Shown here in pieces: positions 1 through 10,794 of a stretch of 64,000 bases of DNA. Origin of the DNA: Eledone cirrhosa. Lineage: Eukaryota. Below the pieces are notes generated by a model. It was not told the origin of the DNA. It searched no databases and saw nothing but the letters and a program-made list of their open reading frames with translations. The stretch's first letter is position 1. Every line of letters begins with the position of its first letter. Where the stretch lies: the NCBI GenBank assembly GCA_964016885.1, contig OZ024741.1, positions 296,856,001 to 296,920,000 on the forward strand, in the 5' to 3' direction. The position numbers and the translations under genes are program-made.

Positions 1-33
1 GCGAAGTGGATAAACATGAAGGAGAACTTATCT

Positions 34-66
<33 letters not shown>

Positions 67-575
67 AGCTAAGCGAGAGATAGAGGGGAAGAAAGAGGGG
101 GGGGAGATATTGTGGCTGACCGCAGCCCCCTCGTGGAGAAGCAAGGAGGGTGAAGGGGTGGATCGGATTTTTGACTTTCAAGTAGCATACTATATATATT
201 TAAAGTAATTTATAAGTAGAATGGGGAGGATTTTGTTTTTTTGTTTGAGAATACGATAGAATTAAGGAATTGGACGAAAACGATAGAATTAAGATAGAAG
301 GTTATGAATGTTTAACAAGCGATTTAACAAAAAGCAAAACTGCAAGATTTGTTCTGTTCAATACGACAAAAACACCGTATTTAAACCTTAAATAGATAAC
401 AAAAAAATACAGATTTCGGATTTTGCGAGATTGGATGTTTGTTTGGACTATGTACGGAATTGAGCGTGGAAATGGAGAGAAGTATTGTACTTTACGATTT
501 ACAGGAGTCCATCATAGAAATAATTGAAGCAGCGGTGGATTGGCGAAGTGGATAAACATGAAGGAGAACTTATCT

Positions 576-608
<33 letters not shown>

Positions 609-1118
609 AGCTAAGCGAGAGATAGAGGGGAAGAAAGAGGGGGGGGGAGATATTGTGGCTGACCGCAGCCCCCTCGTGGAGAAGCAAGGAGGGTGAAGGG
701 GTGGATCGGATTTTTGACTTTCAAGTAGCATACTATATATATTTAAAGTAATTTATAAGTAGAATGGGGAGGATTTTGTTTTTTTGTTTGAGAATACGAT
801 AGAATTAAGGAATTGGACGAAAACGATAGAATTAAGATAGAAGGTTATGAATGTTTAACAAGCGATTTAACAAAAAGCAAAACTGCAAGATTTGTTCTGT
901 TCAATACGACAAAAACACCGTATTTAAACCTTAAATAGATAACAAAAAAATACAGATTTCGGATTTTGCGAGATTGGATGTTTGTTTGGACTATGTACGG
1001 AATTGAGCGTGGAAATGGAGAGAAGTATTGTACTTTACGATTTACAGGAGTCCATCATAGAAATAATTGAAGCAGCGGTGGATTGGCGAAGTGGATAAAC
1101 ATGAAGGAGAACTTATCT

Positions 1119-1151
<33 letters not shown>

Positions 1152-1481
1152 AGCTAAGCGAGAGATAGAGGGGAAGAAAGAGGGGGGGGATATTGTGGCT
1201 GACCGCAGCCCCCTCGTGGAGAAGCAAGGAGGGTGAAGGGGTGGATCGGATTTTTGACTTTCAAGTAGCATACTATATATATTTAAAGTAATTTATAAGT
1301 AGAATGGGGAGGATTTTGTTTTTTTGTTTGAGAATACGATAGAATTAAGGAATTGGACGAAAACGATAGAATTAAGATAGAAGGTTATGAATGTTTAACA
1401 AGCGATTTAACAAAAAGCAAAACTGCAAGATTTGTTCTGTTCAATACGACAAAAACACCGTATTTAAACCTTAAATAGATA
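1..1481. repeat. Tandem repeat, ~542-543-bp unit, ~2.7 near-identical copies (continues off the left edge)
   Basis: gcgaagtggataaac starts at 1, 543 and 1086; units differ mainly in G-run length; array stops at ...ttaaatagata (~1481). Confidence 0.95.
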
Positions 1482-1781
1482 AATATTTATTAAAATAACA
1501 GATTAAAGTTTAAGCAAAGAATCGCTGCTTTCACCCTTAACGGGATCTTCTGAAACTAACAAAGTCAATCTGTAAACGCAGAAGTGAATATTTCAAAAAA
1601 TGTTGCGACCGGAGGAAGACAGGAAGACGATACTTTGGTTCGTGGAAACGTTCCCTGGCAAAGATCGGGAAAAAACGAATATAATACATCATTATTGCTC
1701 TACGGTTCTTATATATTAGATATATATTTATCCTTATCGAGCCCTCTTTGGATTTTAGTCTTCAAATTTATTATTATTACT
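1482..1781 (-). mobile_element. Rearranged fragment of a non-coding hammerhead-bearing (Penelope-type) repeat
   Basis: 1482-1690 matches 6763-6975; 1695-1781 is the reverse complement of 6680-6764; carries the CAGAAGA hammerhead-like motif at 1507-1557 (-). Confidence 0.6.
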
Positions 1782-1794
1782 ATATATATAAATA

Positions 1795-3598
1795 TAGAGG
1801 CCTGGAAATGTCATTATGAGAGACTGATGAATGTGGAGAACGAATGGGAGAGAGAGAAATTACCCTTAGTATATCCGACAGAGGGAGCAGCTATTGAGAT
1901 TGACGAATATAGGGTCCAAGAGGCGATTAGAGAAAGGAAAAATGGTAAGGCTGCTGGACCATCGGGAATAGTTGCTGAGATGCTGAAGGCATCATGGGAC
2001 ATAGGCAGTAAACTGGTTGCACGCATCATCAATCAGGCTATATATGGTGGTGTCATACCCAAAGACTGGTGCAGCAGTATTCTCATAAATTGCTACAAAG
2101 GTAAAGGGGATGCTCTGGAGAGGAGCAATTATAGGGGTATAAAACTGATAGATCAGGTTATGAAAGTGGCAGAAAGGATATTAGCACAACTAATTAGAGA
2201 AAGGGTCAAACTAGATGAGATGCAGTTTGGTTTTGTGCCTGGGAAGAGTACAACAGATGCCCTCTTCTTGGTGAGACAATTGCAAGAGAGGTTCTTAGAG
2301 AAAAATAAGCCACTATACTTAGCCTTTGTTGACCTAGAGAAGGCCTTTGATAGGGTCCCCCAATCTGTCATCTGGTGGTCCCTAAGGAAGCTAGGTGTTG
2401 AGGAATGGATTGTGAGGACAGTGCAAACTTTGTACAGAGGTACTCTCAGTAAAGTCAGGGTAGGAATGGAGTTTAGTGAGGAATTCCAGATACAAGTAGG
2501 AGTACATCAGGGTTCGGTCCTCAGCCCACTCTTGATTATTATAGTCCTCCAAGCCATAACAGAGGAGTTTAAGACTGGCTGTCCATGGGAACTTCACTAT
2601 GCTGACGATCTGGTTCTTATAGCAGAATCAGTAGAGGAGCTAGAGAATAAATTCTGGCTATGGAAACAGCAGTTGGAAGCAAGAGGACTGAGAGTGAACC
2701 TAGCTAAGACAAAAGTGTTGATGAGTAGAAAAGAGGACAAAACCTTGATTCCATTAGGGAAATGGCCATGTTCGATATGCAGAAAAGGAACTGGCATAAA
2801 TTCTATAAAATGCACACAATGCAGATCCTGGGTACACAAGAGATGTAGCGGGATAGCAGGAAAACTAACAGGTAGGGATAAATATGTATGCAGTAGATGT
2901 ACAGGGAAATTAGACAGTAGAAGTCGCATTGATAGACACATTTTTCAAATGCAGGAGGGCGCTATAGAAGTGGTGGATAGTTTCCGGTACCTAGGAGATC
3001 AGATTAGCATGGGAGGAGGGTGTTCCAAGGCCATAGTATCTAGAATAAGGATGGGTTGGAAGAAGTGTAGGGAGCTGCTTCCTCTGTTGACGAAGAAGGG
3101 TTTCTCCCTGCGTACGAAAGGCCAGTTGTATGATGCCTGTGTGAGGAGCGCGATGCTGCATGGTAGTGAGACATGGGCAGCAACTGCAGAGGATATGCGA
3201 CGGCTGGAGAGAAATGAGGCAAGCATGCTCCGTTGGATGTGCAGTGTAAATGTGCGTGAACGACCCAGCATAAATGTGTTGAGAGAGAAACTGTGTCTGA
3301 GAGGGATAGAATGTAGTGTACGGGAGAGGATACTGAGGTGGTATGGACATGTGATGTGCATGGAGGATGACCGATAGGTGAAGAAGTGCCAGGAAATGCC
3401 AGTTGAAGGAAGACATGGTAGAGGTAGACCACGAAAAACATGGGCAGAGATGGTGAGAACAGACCTCAGATCATTGAAGCTCACGGTGGAGATGACGAAG
3501 GACCGTGACGAGTGGAGAGATGCTGTGCTGAATAAGACCCGTCCCACCCTTGCAAGCAGGGAAAAGCGGACGTAAAATGATGATGATGATGATGATGA
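1795..3598 (+). mobile_element. RTE-clade LINE, family A, 5'-truncated (RT with PHD insert, one premature stop at 3375)
   Basis: KAAGPSGI, NYRGIKL, AFVDLEKAFDRV, GVHQGSVLSPLL, YADD, FRYLG, LHGSETW, RWYGHV, GRGRPRKTW; (GAT)n tail at 3578-3598; the first ~70 aa of ORF 1584 are read-in from unrelated DNA. Confidence 0.93.
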
Positions 3599-3614
3599 TA
3601 TATATATATATATA

Positions 3615-5755
3615 TGGAGAAAAAATTTACGAAATGGAAATGCGGGTATATAGAATTTATTAGGTAACAATTGTTTCTATAGTGTATGAGTTACCTATAC
3701 TTCGCTACTTGAATAATACACAAATATTATCAAAAACCGAAAGTACACTGTAAGCCAACACACCATGTCATCAGACCTTTGTATTAGAATGATATGAAAA
3801 TATTTTATACACTAGATAAAAGATAAAGAAGGAGGTAGGAAGAGAAGGGGAAGAGGGAAGTGAGTAAGGTGGAGGGAGTCTTAGGGTTTAAGACTGTCAG
3901 ACTAGTAGAGATTGTGAAGAGAGAATGTTTTGGCAGCAGTTAGCTTAATGAGGCGTGCTAAGGTTGGCTGGGAAGTAGATTCTTCTAGTGGTGTTGTTCG
4001 GACAAAATTTAGTTAGAGGGGTCAAAGTAGTACAGTGTCACAGACAAGTTATTAGGGCTATTATAGTAGCAGGTTATTTCTAAAGGGGTCCAGAAAAACA
4101 GTGTTTAGTACTATTATTATAGAAAGCGATATCTAGTGTATAAACATATAAGACAGAAATTTGCAAACGTTGGTGTAAAAAGGTAACATTATATGCATTT
4201 AAAAAAAGAAAAAGTCGTTTTCAAACGATGGTTACAATATAGAGAACGTTCAATTTTGCTGTTCAAAAGTTTGTTTACCGACGTTAAAATGCAGTATATC
4301 TCTAAATTGCATAACTTGCAGAATCGATGATTTTGCTGATATGCAGGCACAGCTGCAATAATTTGCCAATCAAGGGAGAACGCTTGATTGTTCCTCCGAA
4401 GCTGCCAGGCTTTATCGGCGAGGGTTGTTACGGAGCGCATTTTCTCGTGCCTGATCGAAGATCGATGTTGGTATAGGTGAGCCTTGAAAGAAGTTGCGGT
4501 ACATCCGACGTAATACCATTTGTTGGTCCCGGAATTTATTGTACACCGGTAGACAATATTGCGTGCTAGGCACTGGTTATTCAGTGGGCACGTACCTGGT
4601 TTGGTGCAGTTACAACTATCTTTATGTTTTGCAGTAGAATCCTGGATAGTTTGGTGGGGTTGTGGTTGCGTGTTAGTGCATTGTATGTTGCTATGCTGGT
4701 GCGCTGAGTCATTAGGGATGTACTTATTCAGTATTGCTGAGTTGAGTTTTCTAATTAGTTGTTCTATGTTAGGTGCAGTGGAGTATGAGAGTCTAATGGT
4801 GCGCGAGTTAAAGATTTTATAGTATTTATGTGAAGTTGTAAAGTGTTTATTGATTAGTGTATAGAATTGTGAGATAATCTTAGTGCTAATAGACGAATTG
4901 TACACGGGGTTATACCATATGTACTCTCTACGTCTGACTCTATTTGCTGGTTTGCACCTGTTAGTATGCCTATTGATGTGTGTGTGAGGTGCAATACTAG
5001 TTCGACTTAGATGTGTTTTATTCATAGTACTTATGTGGTTATCGTCTAGATATTCAATTTTCTCGCAGTAACCAGCTTTTCTAAGTGCGTCATTATAATA
5101 TTCAGCATGCTCGTTGGAGGTCTGCAAATTAGACGACAGTCGGGAGATCCTTATGGATATATTTTTAGGGATAGATTTAATAATGGAATGGGGATTGTTC
5201 GATTTTACATTAACGTACTTAAGATTTTCATTATGTTTGTGAAATGGCTCTATATTACCGTTATTAAGGTTGAAGGTGACATCCAAGAAGTTGACCACCT
5301 TAAGATTGTGTTCGAAGGTAATATTAAGCCCTAGTTCTAAGAAAAGTTTCCTAATGTTTTTACGTCGCCTTTCTAGGTTTTGTTTGTTCATATTCTTGAC
5401 TAATAGAAGTGTAACGTCGCGGTATATTCCGCCGTGGAGGTCCGTAAATTCGCTCTGGAGTCTATGGGCTATATAGATCCCAACCAAATCCGTGACCTCC
5501 GCCGAATCATTAGAACCCATCGTAATGTCGAATTCCGAGGGTCTATCCCTGCGGACCCAATAACTATTTTCAAAGTGCACTACTGTGCGTCTAGCTTCAA
5601 GTATAATATTAATTTCCTCGTTTGTGAGGTCCGAGTTAGTCTTAGCGAAAGAGAGGGCCTTATGCAGGGTTTCGGGTGAAATAGAGGAATAGTATTCATC
5701 TATATCGAATTGAATAAAAGAAGATTTGTTTTTGTCCCTAATGTTATTGAACCAT
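3615..5755 (-). mobile_element. Penelope-like element (RT + C-terminal GIY-YIG, Naiad-like motifs), 5'-truncated
   Basis: Frame extends upstream of 5580 to FIQFDIDEYYSSI; MGSNDSAEVTDLVG, IYRDV (YxDD with D>V), NFLDVTF, CNC..CPL...C, IVYRC..YYVGCT, CKLC; 3' UTR carries a hammerhead. Confidence 0.88.
3662..3778 (-). ncRNA. Type I hammerhead ribozyme with long stem II, in PLE 3' end
   Basis: Minus strand: aggt-CUGAUGA-(c atggtgtg...tacactat a)-GAAA-caattg-UU-acct, followed by aataaa; palindromic stem III. Confidence 0.65.
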
Positions 5756-5765
5756 CTATAAATAT

Positions 5766-5799
<34 letters not shown>

Positions 5800-5801
<2 letters not shown>

Positions 5802-6121
5802 CATTTCATTCATCATTTCATTTTACGTCCGCTTTTTCCCTGCTTGCAAGGGTGGGACGGGAATTGATTCTGGCTTGATTTCTACAGCTGGATGCCCTTC
5901 CTAACACCAACCTCATTTACAGTGAGTGCTGGGTGCTTTTTTGCCGTGGCACCTCCACGACCACTTTGCAGTGGAATGATAGGGACCCCAGTCCCTATCA
6001 TCTCATTTCTACAGCTGAGTAAACTGCAGCAATGTGAAATAAAGTGTCTTGCTCAAGGAAACAACACACTCACAACCTTTCGATTGCAAGGCCAATGCTC
6101 TAACCACTAAGCCATGTGCTT

Positions 6122-6125
<4 letters not shown>
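5800..6125 (-). mobile_element. tRNA-derived SINE (V/Meta-like core, RTE-A tail)
   Basis: Minus strand: tggcttagtggttagagc (A box), ccttgagcaagacacttta core, ends in cccgtcccacccttgcaagcaggg...ggacgtaaaatga like the RTE-A 3' end; B-box region deleted. Confidence 0.85.
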
Positions 6126-6168
<43 letters not shown>

Positions 6169-6190
6169 AATAAACAACATAAGGCAATTA

Positions 6191-6250
6191 TTCCATTTAC
6201 CAGTGGTTTCTTAAAAGCAAAAGATTTTGCTTTCAATCCTCAGAATGAAA
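6191..6250 (-). ncRNA. Type I hammerhead ribozyme, intact core, GUA site
   Basis: Minus strand: tttcatt-CUGAGGA-ttgaaagcaaaa tc ttttgcttttaa-GAAA-ccactgg-UA-aatggaa. Confidence 0.85.
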
Positions 6251-6408
6251 AAATCCTGGTCTGTTTATTGAATTTGGATTTAAAAAAACAAAAATGCATC
6301 TATATGAAAGTGAGGCTGGAGAAAGAAGGAGGAAAGGAAAAAAATAAAATAAAACCACACATGCAAACACGCACACAAACACGCACACACACACACAAAA
6401 GCATACAT

Positions 6409-6451
<43 letters not shown>

Positions 6452-6679
6452 CACTCATACATACACACACATATATACACACATATATGTGTATATAAAT
6501 ACACACATACACATACATATACACATACATACATACGCACATAAATATCAACACATCCATACATACACATACATATATACAACCACACACACATATATAC
6601 ACACATACATACATATAGAAACATAAATATATATATATATATATACATACATATATATACATATATATATATATATATA

Positions 6680-7328
6680 GTAATAATAATAAAATTGAAG
6701 ACTAAAATCCAAAGAGGGCTCGATAAGGAAAATATATATCAAATATATAAGAACCGTAGAGCAAATATTTATTAAAATAACAGATTAAAGTTTAAGCAAA
6801 GAATCGCTGCTTTCACCCTTAACGGGATCTTCTGAAACTAACAAAGTCAATCTGTAAACGCAGAACTGGATATTTCAAAAAACGTTGCAACCGGAGGAAG
6901 ACAGGAAGATGATACTTTGGTTCGTGGTAACGTTCGCTGGCAAAGAACGGGAAAAAACGAATAATACGTCATTAATAGGAGCGGTGAAAAACAATTACGC
7001 GCAAAGACAGAACCACATTTATGGTATAAAAGCGGTCGTAGACTAATTATCTCTTAGTTGGTGCATAGAGACGTTCTCTGGCAATGAACGAAAAAACGAA
7101 GATAATAAGTCAAATGTGGAGCGTGGAGAACAATAGCACGCAAAGACAAAACCACGTAAATGGTATAGCAGAAGTCGTAGACTAAAATTCTAACTAGGAG
7201 ACCAAATGAGTTTTTTGAAATATCCAGTTCTGCGTTTACAGATTGACTTTGTTAGTTTCAGAAGATCCCGTTAAGGGTGAAAGCAGCGATTCTTTGCTTA
7301 AACTTTAATCTGTTATTTTAATAAATAT
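6680..7328. mobile_element. Fold-back insert with ~120-bp inverted arms (6763-6882 / 7211-7328) and internal ~140-bp duplication
   Basis: Arms are near-perfect reverse complements; 6951-7045 resembles 7091-7185; each arm has a hammerhead-like motif. Confidence 0.8.
7254..7304 (+). ncRNA. Hammerhead-like motif with variant core CAGAAGA
   Basis: agttt-CAGAAGA-tccc gttaa gggt-GAAA-gca...tgc-UU-aaact; same motif at 6789-6839 (-) and 1507-1557 (-). Confidence 0.55.
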
Positions 7329-7687
7329 ATATATGTACATGCATACACATACACAAACATAGCCATACACAGATACATACATGCACACAATCATACATAT
7401 ATACACACGTACATACATACACACACTCTCACACATAAATATACATATACAAATACATAAACACATACATACACATACACAAATACATGCACAAACACGC
7501 ACGCACACACGTATACAATTATACACACACATATACACATACATATATACATATATATATATATAAATATAAAAATACACACACACACACATATTTATGT
7601 ATACATACACACACACATGCATACATAGCTATACAATTATACACATACAAATACGTACATATCATAAACACGCACAACCAAATACAA

Positions 7688-7764
<77 letters not shown>

Positions 7765-7962
7765 CATACACACATACATGTGTGTGTGTGTAAAACTCAG
7801 TCTTAGATAATTCATATGAACCTTACATATACAAATATATAGTAGTAAAGTAATAAGCAACATAAGGCAATTATTCCATTCACCAGTGGTTTCTGAGAAG
7901 CCAAAAAATTTTGCCTTCAATCCTCAGAATGAAAAAAACCTGGTCTATATACATATACATAG

Positions 7963-8041
<79 letters not shown>

Positions 8042-8635
8042 TACACATAAATATACATACACATACACATAGGTATGTGAAGGGCAAGGCAAAAAGAATA
8101 TATGGGGGGGGGGGGGAAGACATAGGAAAAGGTGAAATATAAGGGGAGATAAGGGAGGAAAAAATATATACAAGAGTACAGAACGTAGATTCAGCAAAAT
8201 AAAAAAAACTTCTGCTACGGTTTTTTTTATTTTGCTGAATCTACATTCTGTACTCTTGTATATATTTTTTTCTCACTTATCTCCCCTTATATTTCACCTT
8301 TTCCTATGTCTTCCCCCCCCCCCCATATATTCTTTTTGCCTTGCCCTTCACATACCTATGTGTATGTGTATGTATATTTATGTGTATATATGTATATATA
8401 TATATATATATAAATATATATGTGTGTCTATGTATATGTATATGTAGATAGACCAGGTTTTTTTCATTCTGAGGATTGAAGGCAAAATTTTTTTGCTTTT
8501 AAAAAACCACTGGTGAATGGAATAATTGCCTTATGTTGCTTATTACTTTATTACTTTACTACTATATATTTGTATATGTAAGGTTCATATGAATTATCTA
8601 AGACTGAGTTTTACACACACACACATGTATGTGTG

Positions 8636-8680
<45 letters not shown>

Positions 8681-8976
8681 TTGTATTTGGTTGTGCGTGT
8701 TTATGATATGTACGTATTTGTATGTGTATAATTGTATAGCTATGTATGCATGTGTGTGTGTATGTATACATATATATGTGTGTGTGTGTATTTTTATATT
8801 TATATATATATATGTATATATATATGTATGTGTATATGTGTGTGTATAATTGTATACGTGTGTGTGTGCGTGTTTGTGCATGTATTTGTGTATGTGTATG
8901 TATGTACGTGTGTATATATGTATGATTGTGTGCATGTATGTATGTGTGTATGGCTATGTTTGTGTATGTGTATGCA

Positions 8977-9033
<57 letters not shown>

Positions 9034-9426
9034 GTATATATATATGTATGTATATATATATATATTTATGTTTCTATATGTATGTATGTGTGTATATATG
9101 TGTGTGTGGTTGTATATATGTATGTGTATGTATGGATGTGTTGATATTTATGTGTGTATGTATGTATGTGTATATGTATGTGTATGTGTGTATTTATATA
9201 CACATATATGTGTGTATATATGTGTGTGTGTATGTATGAGTGTATGTATATATATATATATATATATATAGTGTGTGTGTGTATGTATGCTTTTGTGTGT
9301 GTGTGCATGTTTGCATGTGTGGTTTTATTTTATTTTTCCTTTCCTTCTTCTTTCTCCAGCCTCACTTTCATATAGATTGCATTTTTGTTTTTTAAAATCC
9401 ATATTCAATAAACAGACCATGATTTT

Positions 9427-9486
9427 TTTCATTCTGAGGATTGAAAGCAAAATCTTTTGCTTTTAAGAAACCACTGGTAAATGGAA
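9427..9486 (+). ncRNA. Type I hammerhead ribozyme, intact core, GUA site
   Basis: tttcatt-CUGAGGA-12-bp stem II-GAAA-ccactgg-UA-aatggaa; mutated sister copies at ~7874-7934 (-, GUG site) and ~8462-8522 (+, AAAA and GUG). Confidence 0.85.
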
Positions 9487-9714
9487 TAATTGCCTTATGT
9501 TGTTTATTACATAACTATTAAGCTCTGTTACCTACATAGAGCACTTCTTTTTCCTGGACTTTTCCGACGGAATTACTTCATTTATATATATATATATACA
9601 TATATATACATAAATATATATAAATATATATATATATTGCAAGCAATGAATCTTGACGTGAACATAACCCCAAAAACTCTTTCCGAGCAATGTAAGGAAC
9701 ACTTTTGGTTATTT

Positions 9715-9756
9715 GTGCCCTTGAGAAGCCCAACTGGGTGAAACATACGTAGGTGC
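9715..9756 (+). ncRNA. Hammerhead-like motif with U3-A8 core variant
   Basis: gtgccc-UUGAGAA-gccc aact gggt-GAAA-catacg-UA-ggtgc, followed by aataaacatgttttaat; stem I imperfect. Confidence 0.5.
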
Positions 9757-9846
9757 TGTTTTAAATAAACATGTTTTAATGGTTTATTCTCCGATTTCTT
9801 ACTTTTCCACGTATATATACATATATATATACATATATATACATAA

Positions 9847-9879
<33 letters not shown>

Positions 9880-9937
9880 CATATATATACATATACATAT
9901 ATTTACATAAATATAAATATATGTATATATATATATA

Positions 9938-10507
9938 TGTCACTGGACCGAGACCTTTGGCGGTACTCAGTAATAGAGAAGACCCGCCTTACCTAAATAC
10001 AAAGTAAAAACCTACTACAGTCAGTAGGCATCTCTATCAAAACACACCCCCGTCCCACCACCTCCACCCCACCCACACCGCCCCTTTCAATGTAAAGTTA
10101 TGTTGGTCCCACAACATCCAGGCCGAAACAAATGAGATCGTGTAGGTGTCACGACAAAAAACACACAGTCCACGCTGTAAATGTGGCCGTGTAGGCAACA
10201 CGGTAAAAACCTCCCAGCCCCACACTGTAAATGTGGTTGGTGTTAGGAAGGGCATCCAGCTGTAGAAAACCCGCCAGACAGTCCACGCTGTAATGTGGCC
10301 GTGTAGGCAACACGGTAAAAACCTCCCAGCCCCACACTGTAAATGTGGTTGGTGTTAGGAAGGGCATCCAACTGTAGAAAACCCGCCAGACAGTCCTATG
10401 CGAGCAAGACAACCACTCTTGCCTCAAGTGGGAAAACCCCCGTCCAAACCCATGCAAGCGTGGAACACGGACGCTAAACCTGATGATGATGATGATGATG
10501 ATGATAC
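9938..10507 (+). mobile_element. RTE family B 3' end with internal ~125-bp UTR duplication
   Basis: Matches the ORF end and UTR of 44780-45354; (GAT)n tail. Confidence 0.9.
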
Positions 10508-10513
10508 ATAAAT

Positions 10514-10576
<63 letters not shown>

Positions 10577-10601
10577 TATACATATACATATATATACATA
10601 A

Positions 10602-10676
<75 letters not shown>

Positions 10677-10683
10677 AATGTAT

Positions 10684-10718
<35 letters not shown>

Positions 10719-10794
10719 CATAAATATATATATATATAAATATATATATATATACATATATATACATAAATATATATATAAATATATATATACA

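Larger units (their letters stand above)
6169..9508. repeat. ~3.3-kb interrupted palindrome with four hammerhead-bearing repeats
   Basis: Centre at ~8210-8220; 7327-8209 mirrors 8221-8990; 6169-6675 mirrors ~9020-9508; left arm has an extra insert at 6680-7327. Confidence 0.9.
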
